Assembly: GCA_051294375.1 (NCBI GenBank) | Contig: CM119268.1 | Span: forward strand, 5,710,950-5,774,949 | DNA: 64,000 nt | Direction of reading: 5' to 3' | Source of the DNA: Paraspadella gotoi | Taxonomy: Eukaryota; Animalia; Chaetognatha | Part shown: positions 39,592 through 50,114 of the stretch, piece by piece | Position numbering within the stretch: the first letter of the stretch is position 1 | Layout: each line of letters opens with the position of its first letter | The notes under the pieces: model-generated | Told to the model about the DNA's origin: nothing | The model's database searches: none | Seen by the model: only the letters and a program-made list of their open reading frames with translations | Program-made: the position numbers and the translations under genes

Positions 39592-42500
39592 CAAAGACGT
39601 TTCCCACGACCATCGTATCGCATTCGTGATTCTGCGTGTATTCGTTGATCGAGGCTTCCCAGATGAAAGCGTAATCTTCGCTCTTGACTCTTCTTCTTCC
39701 TTCGTGATCGTTGGGGACCAGGACCGCGCTGTGACCCCACTCTCGCATTTGCTTGGTCGCGTTTTGGAAACCTTGATCGGTGGAGTGATTGGTGGAGGGA
39801 AGGCGATATTTAGAGTGCTTGGTCGGGTTACGCGATGATTGATTGAAATGACAGGTAAACCAGGATATCACATCGGTTTTTTACTCGTTTCTTTCTTTCC
39901 TTCCATCTTTTCTCCGTTCTGTAGATACCATAGGCCACTGTATCTCCTTCCATCCTTTCCTTCCTTTCTTACTCCATTCCTTTATTTCTTTCTTCTTTCT
40001 TATTTTTTACTTTTCTTCTCCTCTCTGTCCTTTCTTCCTCTTTTCCATTCCTTTTTATCAGATTTTTCCTTCCTTTCTCCCCTCTCCTCTCTCCCCTTTC
40101 CTCCATCCCCACTTCTCACCTTGACTCTGCATCAAAAACTCGCTGACCGCCGAGGAGGCGACGGTCCCGTATTTGATTTCCTTCTGCCCGATGAGATCGT
40201 GAATGTCGTTGATCGGCGACGCGATCTGTTGCGCCGTCATGAAGGCGGCCATGTTGGCCGTTTGTAGAAGGCGCAGAGGATGAGGGAGACGAACCACCTT
40301 TAGAGGGGGGGAGTAGGGGGGGTCGGTTTTGGGGGGACGAAGAGGACGGTCGACGAGGGGGGGTTAGAGAAATATTGGGAATATATTAGATAAATAAGAG
40401 TTAATTTTGATAAGAGGGATACACTGACCCGGATACAGGTTTTAAAGCAACCAACGTCCGTCTCGAGTCAGGAGCAGGATAACTTATTTCTGGTTTTATG
40501 CAATTATTTAGAATTAGATGTATTTGAATCTAATTTATTTGAGTATTTAAGCTTACAACTTAGACTTAAACATGAACTGAGGTCTCGCGAAAAGATTTTA
40601 AAAATTCCTATCGCAAAAGAAAACAGGTCTCGCTCATCCAATCGTAGTGATGACGCTGGAAACCCTTCCTTCACAGACTTAAATCGCTTCTCGACACTTC
40701 ACAGTCTTCACACAGTCTTCACACTCACCAAACGGAAGTGAGAAACCGTGCCGAGATTGATCTCGGCACCGATTCTGTCCCGCCACCGACCAATGCGCCG
40801 AAAGAGAACCAAACCGACTCGAATAAAGTGTAGCTCATGTCGGTAACGAGCTCTCCGTTCACCATGTGGCCCTTTTGAAGGGGGGGAGGAAGAAAAAACA
40901 GTACGGTATTGCGTCGACGTTTAATCAAATAACGAGGGTAATTAATATGTAAGTGAAGGAAGGTTGACAATAGTATTATTCGATCTCATACGGGGACTAT
41001 TGTCCGAATGCGACTCGTTTCTCTTAACCTAAAATCCCTGTCCATAATACCTAATTATAATACCCTAAATCTTAATCCATATTTCTTATTCCCTAACATT
41101 AATCCTTAATCATTAATCCTTAATCATTAATCCTTAATCATTAATCCTTAATCATTAATCCTTAATAATTAATCCTTAATCATTAATCCTTAATCATTAA
41201 TTCTTAATCTTAAACCAAATCTTTAACTTACTTATTCCAATTTCATAAATTATCATATCTTTCAAGAATGAACCGTATCTCTGATAATAAAACGAAACCG
41301 TTTGGTAAAAGAATAAAACTTACCCGATTGAAACTTACCTGGAATCGAAACTGACCTGACTGGAGCATTTGTCGAGGATGTAGAGGACGACGCCGATGGA
41401 GAGGATGCACAACCCCAGCACCAGCCAGACCGTCGCCGTGAAAGGCTTGAAGAAGTGAAAGAGCTCCGGTTCTGCGACCGGCTTCTTGATGAGAACGCTG
41501 AGACCGTCGTGAAAAAAAGGTTTCGTGAAATCCATCACCTGGTCGAGTGAATAGCGTGAGAAATGGAGTGAGTTTCACGAGTAATGTTTAATTTTGAAAA
41601 ATAATATTTGTTGTTTGTAAACATTTAAAAAAAAACCTCTCCTTCTTGTTTTTCTTTTAAAAAAAGAAGAATAATTTTTATTTATATTTTTATATTTATA
41701 TATATTTATATTAAAAGCAATTGACCTAAACGAGATATTCACTGCCTCGAACCCTCACCTCTTCCCTCGAGGTGGTGACGGCCATATTCGCCAGCACCGC
41801 GTCAACTTCCCCGCGCAGCAGCTCGCCAACCATCCCGTCCCAATCGCCCGTCAGTTCGTCCTTGTGTCCGTACAGTCCGTCCGCGGAGAAGCGAAGTTCG
41901 TACTCGAAGGGAGAATCGAACTGATCTTGGATTCCGGAGAGGAGGTCGACGAGGAAGCCTCTGAGGGAGAGTAAAAGGGAGAGGGAGAGGGAGAGAGGGA
42001 GAGCCTTCAACTGCTAACAATCTTCTCAACAAAACTCAACTACTAAGAACTTACCCAAGTTTATTCGAAACTCAAAACGAACTCACCTCACGTCTGATCC
42101 GTTTTCTGCTTCGCGACAATCGATGCAATGTTCCGAACAGCAGAGAAAAGGAGGTTCGTTCACAGTCACGATCTGAGTGAAGGCATCAATAGAGAATCAC
42201 AGCATTTTTTAATCTAAGTTCATTTGCATATTGCAGTAGAGTATAAAAGTTAAATTTTGACTTTATTGGCAAGGAAAATTTTACAAAAGTTTACAAAAAT
42301 CTACATTTTTTGAATAACTAAGGGCGTTAACAAATGACAAAGTTATTATATTTCTGATATATGTATGTTTTATGTATGGCATATTTTGTTTAGATCAACA
42401 TATGTCTTTTTTTATCAAGTATAAGCAAATAAATAAATGGACGACAGTTTATCCATACAGCAAAATTTGACATTTAATCCCTTTATGTCATTTTATTATG

Positions 42501-43345
42501 TTGTTGAGTAAATTTAATTATGTTTGGTCATTTTATGTTATTTACGATATCTAAGTCATGTTTGGTCCTTTATTCATTACGTCATTGTGACATGTCATTA
42601 TATGTTGTTAAATCATTTTAGATCATTTTAGTCATAAGGTTATTCATTGTCTTTCATGTATTTTATGTCACTTTATGTCATTATGTAAACTGTGTTTTTA
42701 TTATTTTTGAAATAAAAAAAAAAAAAAAAAAAAAAAATCCTTGAACGTTCTTGAACGTAAATTTTTGTACTTGGCAGATACAGTTCTCGTCTTTTCACGT
42801 TTTTACTGATACCGTTACTGTTTTTGTATTCAAAAATTGAATTAATATTAAAAAATACTCCCCTCACTGCCACATTATTATGTGCATATCGATCTTCGCT
42901 AATACTTAATAAATCGCTTCCCTCTGACCTTGATTTTCCGCTGGAACCAAGATTTTCCTTCTCGCTTTTTCTTCGTCAAGGGATAAAATTGAAAAACTCC
43001 AGGGGCGGTCGCTGGAGCCGGCGATCCTGCAGCCATGGTTGGTGGAGCGGAGTTTAAAGTTTAAAACCCGCTTTCCTTACCCTGATAAGCTGCTACCCCT
43101 TTTTTCCATTACCTTATATTTTCTGTTCTTACTTCTTATTACTTCCTTTTCTTCCCTCCTTTTATTTTTTCTTTCACCATATTTTCCCTCTCCTTGTGTT
43201 TCTCCTTCTTCCTTCCTTCCCTTCCTCCGTTTTTTCCTCAGTCCCCGTACTTTCCTTCTCTCCTTCTCTCCTTCCACCTTCTTCTCTTCTTTCTTTTTAT
43301 CTCAGTTTTCCCTCCCTCCTCTCTCCCTCTATCTCATCATCTCTC

Positions 43346-43432
<87 letters not shown>

Positions 43433-46203
43433 CCTCTCCCTCACCCCCACCCACTCTCTAATTCCTCTCACCAGCGCCGTCTCGTTCTGCCTCCAGGTGG
43501 CGAATCGCGCCAGTTTCGCAACGGCGCCGCTTTGACCCAAAAGATCCAACTCGGCCGAGACGCGGCGCCCGTCGAGGAGAGAGACGACGCCGCCGACGCC
43601 GGGGAAGGAAACGAGGGAGGGAGAGGAAGAAGGGGAGGAAGGATCGCGGCCTGGGAAAATGATTGATTGATTTATTGATTGATTTAGGGATTGATTAATT
43701 TAGGGATTTATTGAATGATAGATTGATTTATCTTTTCATTTAGCTATTGCTTGATTGATTTATTCGTGAATAATTGAGGGATTGATGGATTTAAGGGATT
43801 GATTTATTGATCTTGTAGATTCATTTATTGATTGTTTTTTTGTTAAAATATACTTTAAATTTTATGATTGGTTAATTGAGGGATTATTTGATTCTTTAGT
43901 TTATTGATTTACTGCATAATTTATCAATTTATTAATTGATTGATTGATTGATTCCCATAATTGATCGATCAATTCGAATCCATCTCTTCCTCACCCGTCA
44001 AAATCCGCAGCATCTCCGCCCGCTCCTGCTCCGTCTCCCGCCGGAACTGGTTGGCTCCTGCGGCGTGCTGCAGAGCGGACAGGGCGTCCAGCGCCCAGAC
44101 CTGCAGCGCCGTGGCCGAGGAGGAGGAAGAGGAAGAGGAGGACAAGCGCGCGACGGTGACGTTGGCTCCCGCCGCCCAGAGGAAATCGCGGATGTAAGAG
44201 GTTAGCGGAGGATTGAGTTCCATCACCAACCAAGAGAATTGTGAAGAAACGAGACTGAGTTCGAGGGCCTTTAAAAAAAGAAAGGGGGGGGAGGCACTGT
44301 GAGAGGTCTAGCAGGGGTTGATGACGGAAAATTACTCGCTGACTAAGTTTGTGGGCCTTTGATGTAAAATGAAAAAAGGTGAGGCACTGTGAGAGGTCTC
44401 GTAGAGGTTGATGACAGAAAATTGTTTTGCAGATTGAGTTCGAGGGCCTTTTATTTTAATGTGAGATGTCGCGTTAGGGTAGATGTCATAAAATTTCTTG
44501 CTGGATGAAGGAAAATGGGTGGCAGCCTTCAAAGATTAGCCAATAGCCAGTAAATTGTCCTAATGTTCGAGTGGCTCCTCACTGCCCCCCCCCGGACAAA
44601 TTATCACCCTCTCTTTACTTCACACCTTTACACCCTGTCACGACATCGCTCTATCACTACATCATCCACTCCAGCACCGCAAGACACACCATCATCACTA
44701 TCACTCTATCAACAACTCCTTCACCCACCCACCCGTCAACCACTCCATCAAAAACTCTATCAATCACTCCATCAATGACTCCATCAATCACTCCATCAAC
44801 CTTTTGCACGACGGCGGCGGTGGAGGGGGAGCGAGTCCAGAGAAGGAATTCCGTGACGGCGACGCGTTTGAGGCGAAGGAGGGTTGAGGCGAGGCAGGCG
44901 GAGGCTGGGAGGGGAGGGGGAGGGTAAGGTCAAGGCATGGGTAAGTTAAAGACTAGGTAAGAGAGCATCGTTGTTGAGCGAAGGAGTAAAAGATAATGGA
45001 TTGGAACATAGTAGAGGTGGGCAAAAACGAATAAGCGTTTCAATTCGTGGTTAGACTAAGCTCACAGGTTTTTATCAAAGCATACAAGAAGTATCTATGA
45101 GTTTAGTTTTAAAGAATTCTTGGCAAAAAAAAAATTATAAAGACTATCATTTATTATTTATCATTTATTTTTAAAATTGGTTTCAAGATGTAAAAAATTA
45201 AATCTTTGAAATAAAAGGTTTTTTCCAAGTTTAATGTTAGATAACAAATTAAATTTAACGGATGAACCTATTTCTAATGTTTTATATGATTCCATTTGAA
45301 ATTTACCGTCTCCGCAATGAGCTTCCCCCGTCGCTGATATTTTCGCGAAATGAATGACGGGAACTGAAATGAGAAAATAATTTTTAATCGGTTACATCTA
45401 ATATAAACATATAATAATGACATCTAAAACAATTATTGTGAACTTACGGCACTATTTACCGAAAACCCCCTCATTTCGATTCCCTTATTCCTGAGATAAT
45501 TTTAAAATCAATATTTAATCGAAATCTTTTAACGAACCTTTAAACAATAATCTTAAAGCCCTAGCCACATCTTTAAACCCTAAGGGTTGTTACCCAAATA
45601 AATAGATTTTAAAATATGTAAAAGTAAAGAGAATACAGCCGACGACGACGAGGATAAAGCTGAGACTTCAGTATAGTTCCGTGAAAAGGATCCTTGCGAC
45701 GAAAGTCTTCCTCACGACTGGAGTCAATTTGAGTCGCCAGAATCCCTAAATTAATCATTAGCCCTAACCTAACCCTATTCTTCAAACTTTAAAATTTATA
45801 TATAGTTCTGAATTTAAGCGGAAACGGGGAACTTTCAGGAAATATGGCCGAACTTACCATCCTCTACCTCCGCCGCCAAACGCATGAAGGAACTCTCTTG
45901 GTCTCCGTCGAAGAGAAAAGCGAAGGAAGACCAACGGAAGGAAGATACGACGTCGAGGGTGAGACGGGCGAGGAGAAAGTCGGAAGGGAGAAGCTGGGGG
46001 AGGAAAGGGGGAGAGAGGGAAGAGGGAGGAGAAGGGAGAGAGGAAGGGGAGGGAGAGAAGAAGGGGAGGGAGAGGAGGAGAGGGCAGAAAGAGATGGCAG
46101 GGAGGAAAGGAGAGAAATAAAGGAGATAAGAATTTGAAGTAAAGTAAAATGATATTGATAAACTCGCTCACACTTTCTCCTTTTCTTTCTCTCTCTCTCT
46201 CTC

Positions 46204-46244
<41 letters not shown>

Positions 46245-46822
46245 TGCACCACAGTGGTATACTTTTTGGCATCAATAATCTTGGAATCGAAGACCAAATA
46301 AACGATTTGCAGATCTTCGGCCACAGTTGCCACTTCTTCGTTGAAACTGCCCATCATTGCGACTATCTGGTTCGTTTGAATGTTTAACTAATTGATGAAT
46401 ACATTCAATAAAAAATTGGATATATTCAATGATAGATTTAAAATTGATAGCTAGAACTATCTGATGATTGTTTCATTGCTTGCTCCACTGCTTGCTCTAT
46501 CTCTTTCAACCCGCCAAACTCACCCCCGCTTTCAAAACTTTCTCCCTGATGTTCTTTATTATCTCGAGTCTCTTCAGCGGCGCGAAACTCCGCAGGTCCA
46601 AGTCTTCCACGCTGAAACTCAGACTCGAACCCGAGACCCTGGTCAGGTTTCGAGCCAACGCCTTCACGTCGGAGGCGGAGAGGGAGGAGGAGGAGGAGGA
46701 GGAGGAAGAGGAGGAGGGGAAGATGGCAACATGGCCGACTACGATATCTTTGGAAGCGAAGGAGGAAGGGAGGAGAAGGAAGAAGAAAAAGAGGTAGAGG
46801 AAGAAAGCGAGGAAACGAGGCA

Positions 46823-46823
<1 letters not shown>
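39592..46823 (-). CDS. Ionotropic glutamate receptor family subunit (non-NMDA, delta/AKDF/epsilon-like features), copy A: cleanest copy, signal peptide through most of S2, truncated at the duplication junction
   Basis: GT-AG exons, essentially phase-consistent: 46524-46823 (MPRFLAFFLYLFFFFLLLPSSFA signal peptide), 46244-46366 (IVAMMGS), 45858-45993 (WSSFAFLFD), 44801-44904, 43995-44268 (ALELSLV..W..GANVTV), 43472-43650 (FPGVGGVV..DGRR..W), ~42929-43082 (5' boundary uncertain; an in-frame stop as read), 42087-42172 (IVTVNEPPF), 41759-41960 (GFLVDLL..DGLYG..WDGMVGELL..TTSREE), 41356-41538 (VMDFTKPF..M1), 40729-40871 (M2), 40120-40297 (M3; one 2-nt indel), 39592-39771 (YAFIWEASINEY..CDTMVVG). 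Joined to the 3' exons of copy B it gives ~900 aa. Confidence 0.95.
41097..41210 (+). repeat. Intronic 14-bp minisatellite (CATTAATCCTTAAT) x ~8
   Basis: Direct reading; noisy counterpart at ~32100-32220. Confidence 0.9.
44252..44460 (-). repeat. ~90-bp tandem repeat spanning an iGluR 3' splice site (three aag|GCCC acceptors)
   Basis: gggcct at 44265, 44353 and 44444; gaggcactgtgagaggtct twice (44291, 44381); same arrangement in copy B at ~35435-35620. Confidence 0.85.
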
Positions 46824-46877
<54 letters not shown>

Positions 46878-48111
46878 ATTGTTGTAGTCTTTTTCGCAAA
46901 TGACGATTGTTTAATTTCTTTTTTTCATCTTTGAAAGTTTTTAATGACGTTCGTAGATGAAAAAGTTGAAGTGAATTTTGACTTCTCAATTGTTTAATCC
47001 TATTGGAAAATAAGAAAATCAAGATCGGTTCATTAAATGTGTTGAGCCGCAGTGACTTTATTTTCACGTGTATTTCTCGTGACATGACTTGACTTGTTTT
47101 TGCTTAGCCACGCTTATTCCAGAGTGATTTAAATGAATAAATGATAAGATCTACTTCCGAAATATTTTATTGACCGAATTTTTATAGATAGGCAGAGAGA
47201 CGGACAGATACACAGTCATCGTATTGAAACCCGTCCAAAAATTAAAACGAAAAAAAAAATCAACTTTTTTTGGTATAACCAAACTTTATATAATATTTTA
47301 TGTTTAAGTTTCACTATCCGCTAATGATTTGAACCAGAGGGAAAGGAGATTGCCAACTCTCTCTTCCAGTCAAAATGTACATTGGACCCTGGTAGATCCC
47401 GGGAGTTTTTCTGTTTGTCACGTTCTATAGATACCGGTGAGTTAACCGGATCGTCAATAGTGATAGAACAAAACGTGTGAAAAAAAGCCATCAATGGAGT
47501 AGTGTGGAGTACAATATACTATTCCCGGATCTAATACGAAAAGAAATGGGAGTCCTTTTATAAAAATGAAGCGTTCTTTGAAAAAATGTTCTGTCCAAAA
47601 TCAAGGGGCAAGATTGCTTATTTATAAATGAATGGATAATTTTTATATGGGTTGTACCAACTTCATAACTTAGCCAGGGTGTTAATAAACGAGACTCTCA
47701 GAGAGTATTGATTAAAATGTTGCAGGGTCCTCTTTTGATGATCCTCGTCACGTGATAATTTTGATGAGTGATGGAGGCCTGGAACCACCCTGGCCTTTCG
47801 AAAGTCGAGGGCAAGATACAAGCTTATTTATTAGATTAGTGGAGAAATTAGACAAAGACGAAGTGAATCTGATGTTAAATTTAGAAAAAAACACAATTCT
47901 ATTTAATAAAGTAGATCGAATCCGATGTTGAAATGAATAAAATACTTTTTTTGTTTATCGCGATGAAAACAAATGTCAAATAAAAAATAATAATTTCGAA
48001 ATCTCAGGTGGAAGCGAAGTTCGTCGATCGTAAACAAAAGGGAAACAGAATGGAGTAAACAAAAGGAGACGCGAATTGACACTGGAAAAAGAGAGAGAGA
48101 GAGAGTAGGAG

Positions 48112-48189
<78 letters not shown>

Positions 48190-48323
48190 CCAACGTTGGT
48201 CGAGTTTCGCGTGAGGCTGAAAATTCGTCGGTGATTCGTCCAACATTATTTCATCCGGAAGAGATAGAGACAGAGAGGAGTGAGAGAGAGAGAGAGAAAG
48301 AGAGAAAGAGAGAGAGAGAGTGA

Positions 48324-48408
<85 letters not shown>

Positions 48409-49154
48409 AAGAAAAGAAGGAGCAGGAGAGAGAGAGGAGAGTAAGAGAGAGAGAGAGATGAGAGAGAGAGAGAGGAGAGAGAGAGAAACAGACAGACAAA
48501 CATGGGACAGAGAGATAACGAAAAGTCGTCAGTTTTGCGTCGCATCTTTTTTTTCTCAAAAAAAGATCGTTTGTATCAATTTTCGGCTCTCTTTTTCCAA
48601 AGCAACCCATTTCCGTTTCTTTATTCCTGAATTTAATTTTAACTTTAAATTTTTACCATATTTAAAACCCTAAACCCTAATTGCCTTAATTACTAACCTA
48701 CTTTTTTTCAACGTAAAAACAAAAATTGGATTTTAAGATAAAATCGGATGCTTTTGGAAAATAAGTCCCGAGTTACTGTCTTTTTTGGTCATTGATCTCA
48801 ATCGTCGACTCAGAAAAACTTAGGAACAAAACAGTAGGAAAGTGAGTAAAGTTAAGATACTCTTTGTTAAAATAATTTAAAAAAATACTGAACCCCTTTC
48901 ATGTCTATATTGTGCCATATTTAAAGTCTTCTCTTTTTTACTTTACTTTTTCCTCTCGCAGGTCTTTTAACTTTTTTAACTGTTTTTACTAGTTTAATTT
49001 ATTCTTTTATTTATTAATATTTTGTAGTTTTTCGTTTTTCTCATTTCTATTTTTTTAGGCACTAATCTTCCAACTTTATCTTTACTTTTTGTTTTTTTCT
49101 CTCTTTATTTTTCTGCTTGTGTTTTACATATTCCATTTCTTTATGTCATCCCCA

Positions 49155-49238
<84 letters not shown>

Positions 49239-49519
49239 GTGCTCACTCTATCTCTCTGTCTCTTAGTCTCCTTTATCTTACATTCTCTTCCCTGCCAGAG
49301 ACTTTTGCCTCTTTTCGATACGCCAGCTCTCTCTCTCTCTCTCTCCCTCTCTCTCCCCCCCTTATCTCTCTCTCACTCTCTCTCTCTTTCTAGATCTCAC
49401 TCTGTCGTCGCCACGCGGCGCTGTAATCGAATCATCTCGAATTCGGATTCTGACGAATGACAAGTGAACATCAATCAATGACGACGACGGCGGAGAGAGA
49501 GATAGAGGCCGTCGGCTAT

Positions 49520-50020
49520 CGAGCCAGAAATCGACTAGGCACTATAGAGCTTAGTAGGCGCCGTGGAAGTGACGGAGAAATAATCATGGAAAAAAAAAAA
49601 AAAAGCACACGGGGCTCCGCTAACTGCCCGGAGCCAGAACGAGCTAGCAGCTATACCCGATGAGGCTTAGTAGGGTGGATGAGCGGAAAATATGGCACAG
49701 GGCTCTCGCTACTCGATGGCGCAGGAAACGACTAGCACTATATGAGAAGGCTTAGTTAGGCAGGCGGCGACTCCGGTGGGTGGATGACTGGAAAAAGTAT
49801 CACAGGGCCCTCCGCTATCCTTGAGCCGAGAAGCGAGCTACAGCTATACGAGAGTGAGCTTAGTAGGGTGGATGACGGGAAAAATATCCACAGGGGCCTC
49901 GGCTAATGCGAGGCCATGTTGGAACGAGCTACACTGATATGAGGCTTAGTCAGGGGGGGGGGGGGTGGGATGACGGAAGATTATCACACGTGGCCTCGCT
50001 ATGCGAGCCAAGAACGGACT
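49520..50020 (+). repeat. Minisatellite, ~5 noisy units of ~75-110 bp
   Basis: Approximate consensus by eye: GAGCCAGAACGACTAGCACTATATGAGGCTTAGTAGGGTGGATGACGGAAAATATCACAGGGCCTCGCTATGC. Units start near 49521, 49632, 49718, 49823 and 49909. Confidence 0.85.
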
Positions 50021-50114
50021 GGCCCCCGCCGCTGTTTACCGCATTGACGCGCTTTCCGCTTTCATATTGGCCGCGCACGTGAGCCCTTCGGCCTAAACGC
50101 TATAGCCATGACGC

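Larger units (their letters stand above)
30090..48253 (+). repeat. ~9 kb direct tandem duplication: 30090-39593 vs 39592-48253
   Basis: Colinear matches, e.g. 31400/40430, 33120/42060, 36130/44940, 38880/47620. Junction at 39592-39593: caacattatt-ca (=48241-48253) is fused inside the S2 exon (ca-aagacgtttccc) with 2-nt microhomology. Confidence 0.9.

Noticed and set aside
40776-40793. VGGG as a K+-channel TVGYG signature
   Set aside because: The register is wrong (the Q/R site aligns with the T of TVGYG) and both the Thr and the aromatic residue are missing.
44480-44590. Extra receptor exon reading TIYWLLANL (resembles AMPA YHYIIANL)
   Set aside because: It is followed by a stop, and the equivalent segment is already supplied in phase by exon 43995-44268 (SQFSWLVMEL).
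19790-46823. Three distinct iGluR paralogues, or a pseudogene cluster
   Set aside because: The copies are near-identical even in introns, and frameshifts differ at the same codons between copies. This fits read error and false duplication better than paralogy or decay.
49520-50020. CRISPR-like array
   Set aside because: Whole units are repeated with no unique spacers, there are no cas genes, and the context is eukaryotic and intron-containing.
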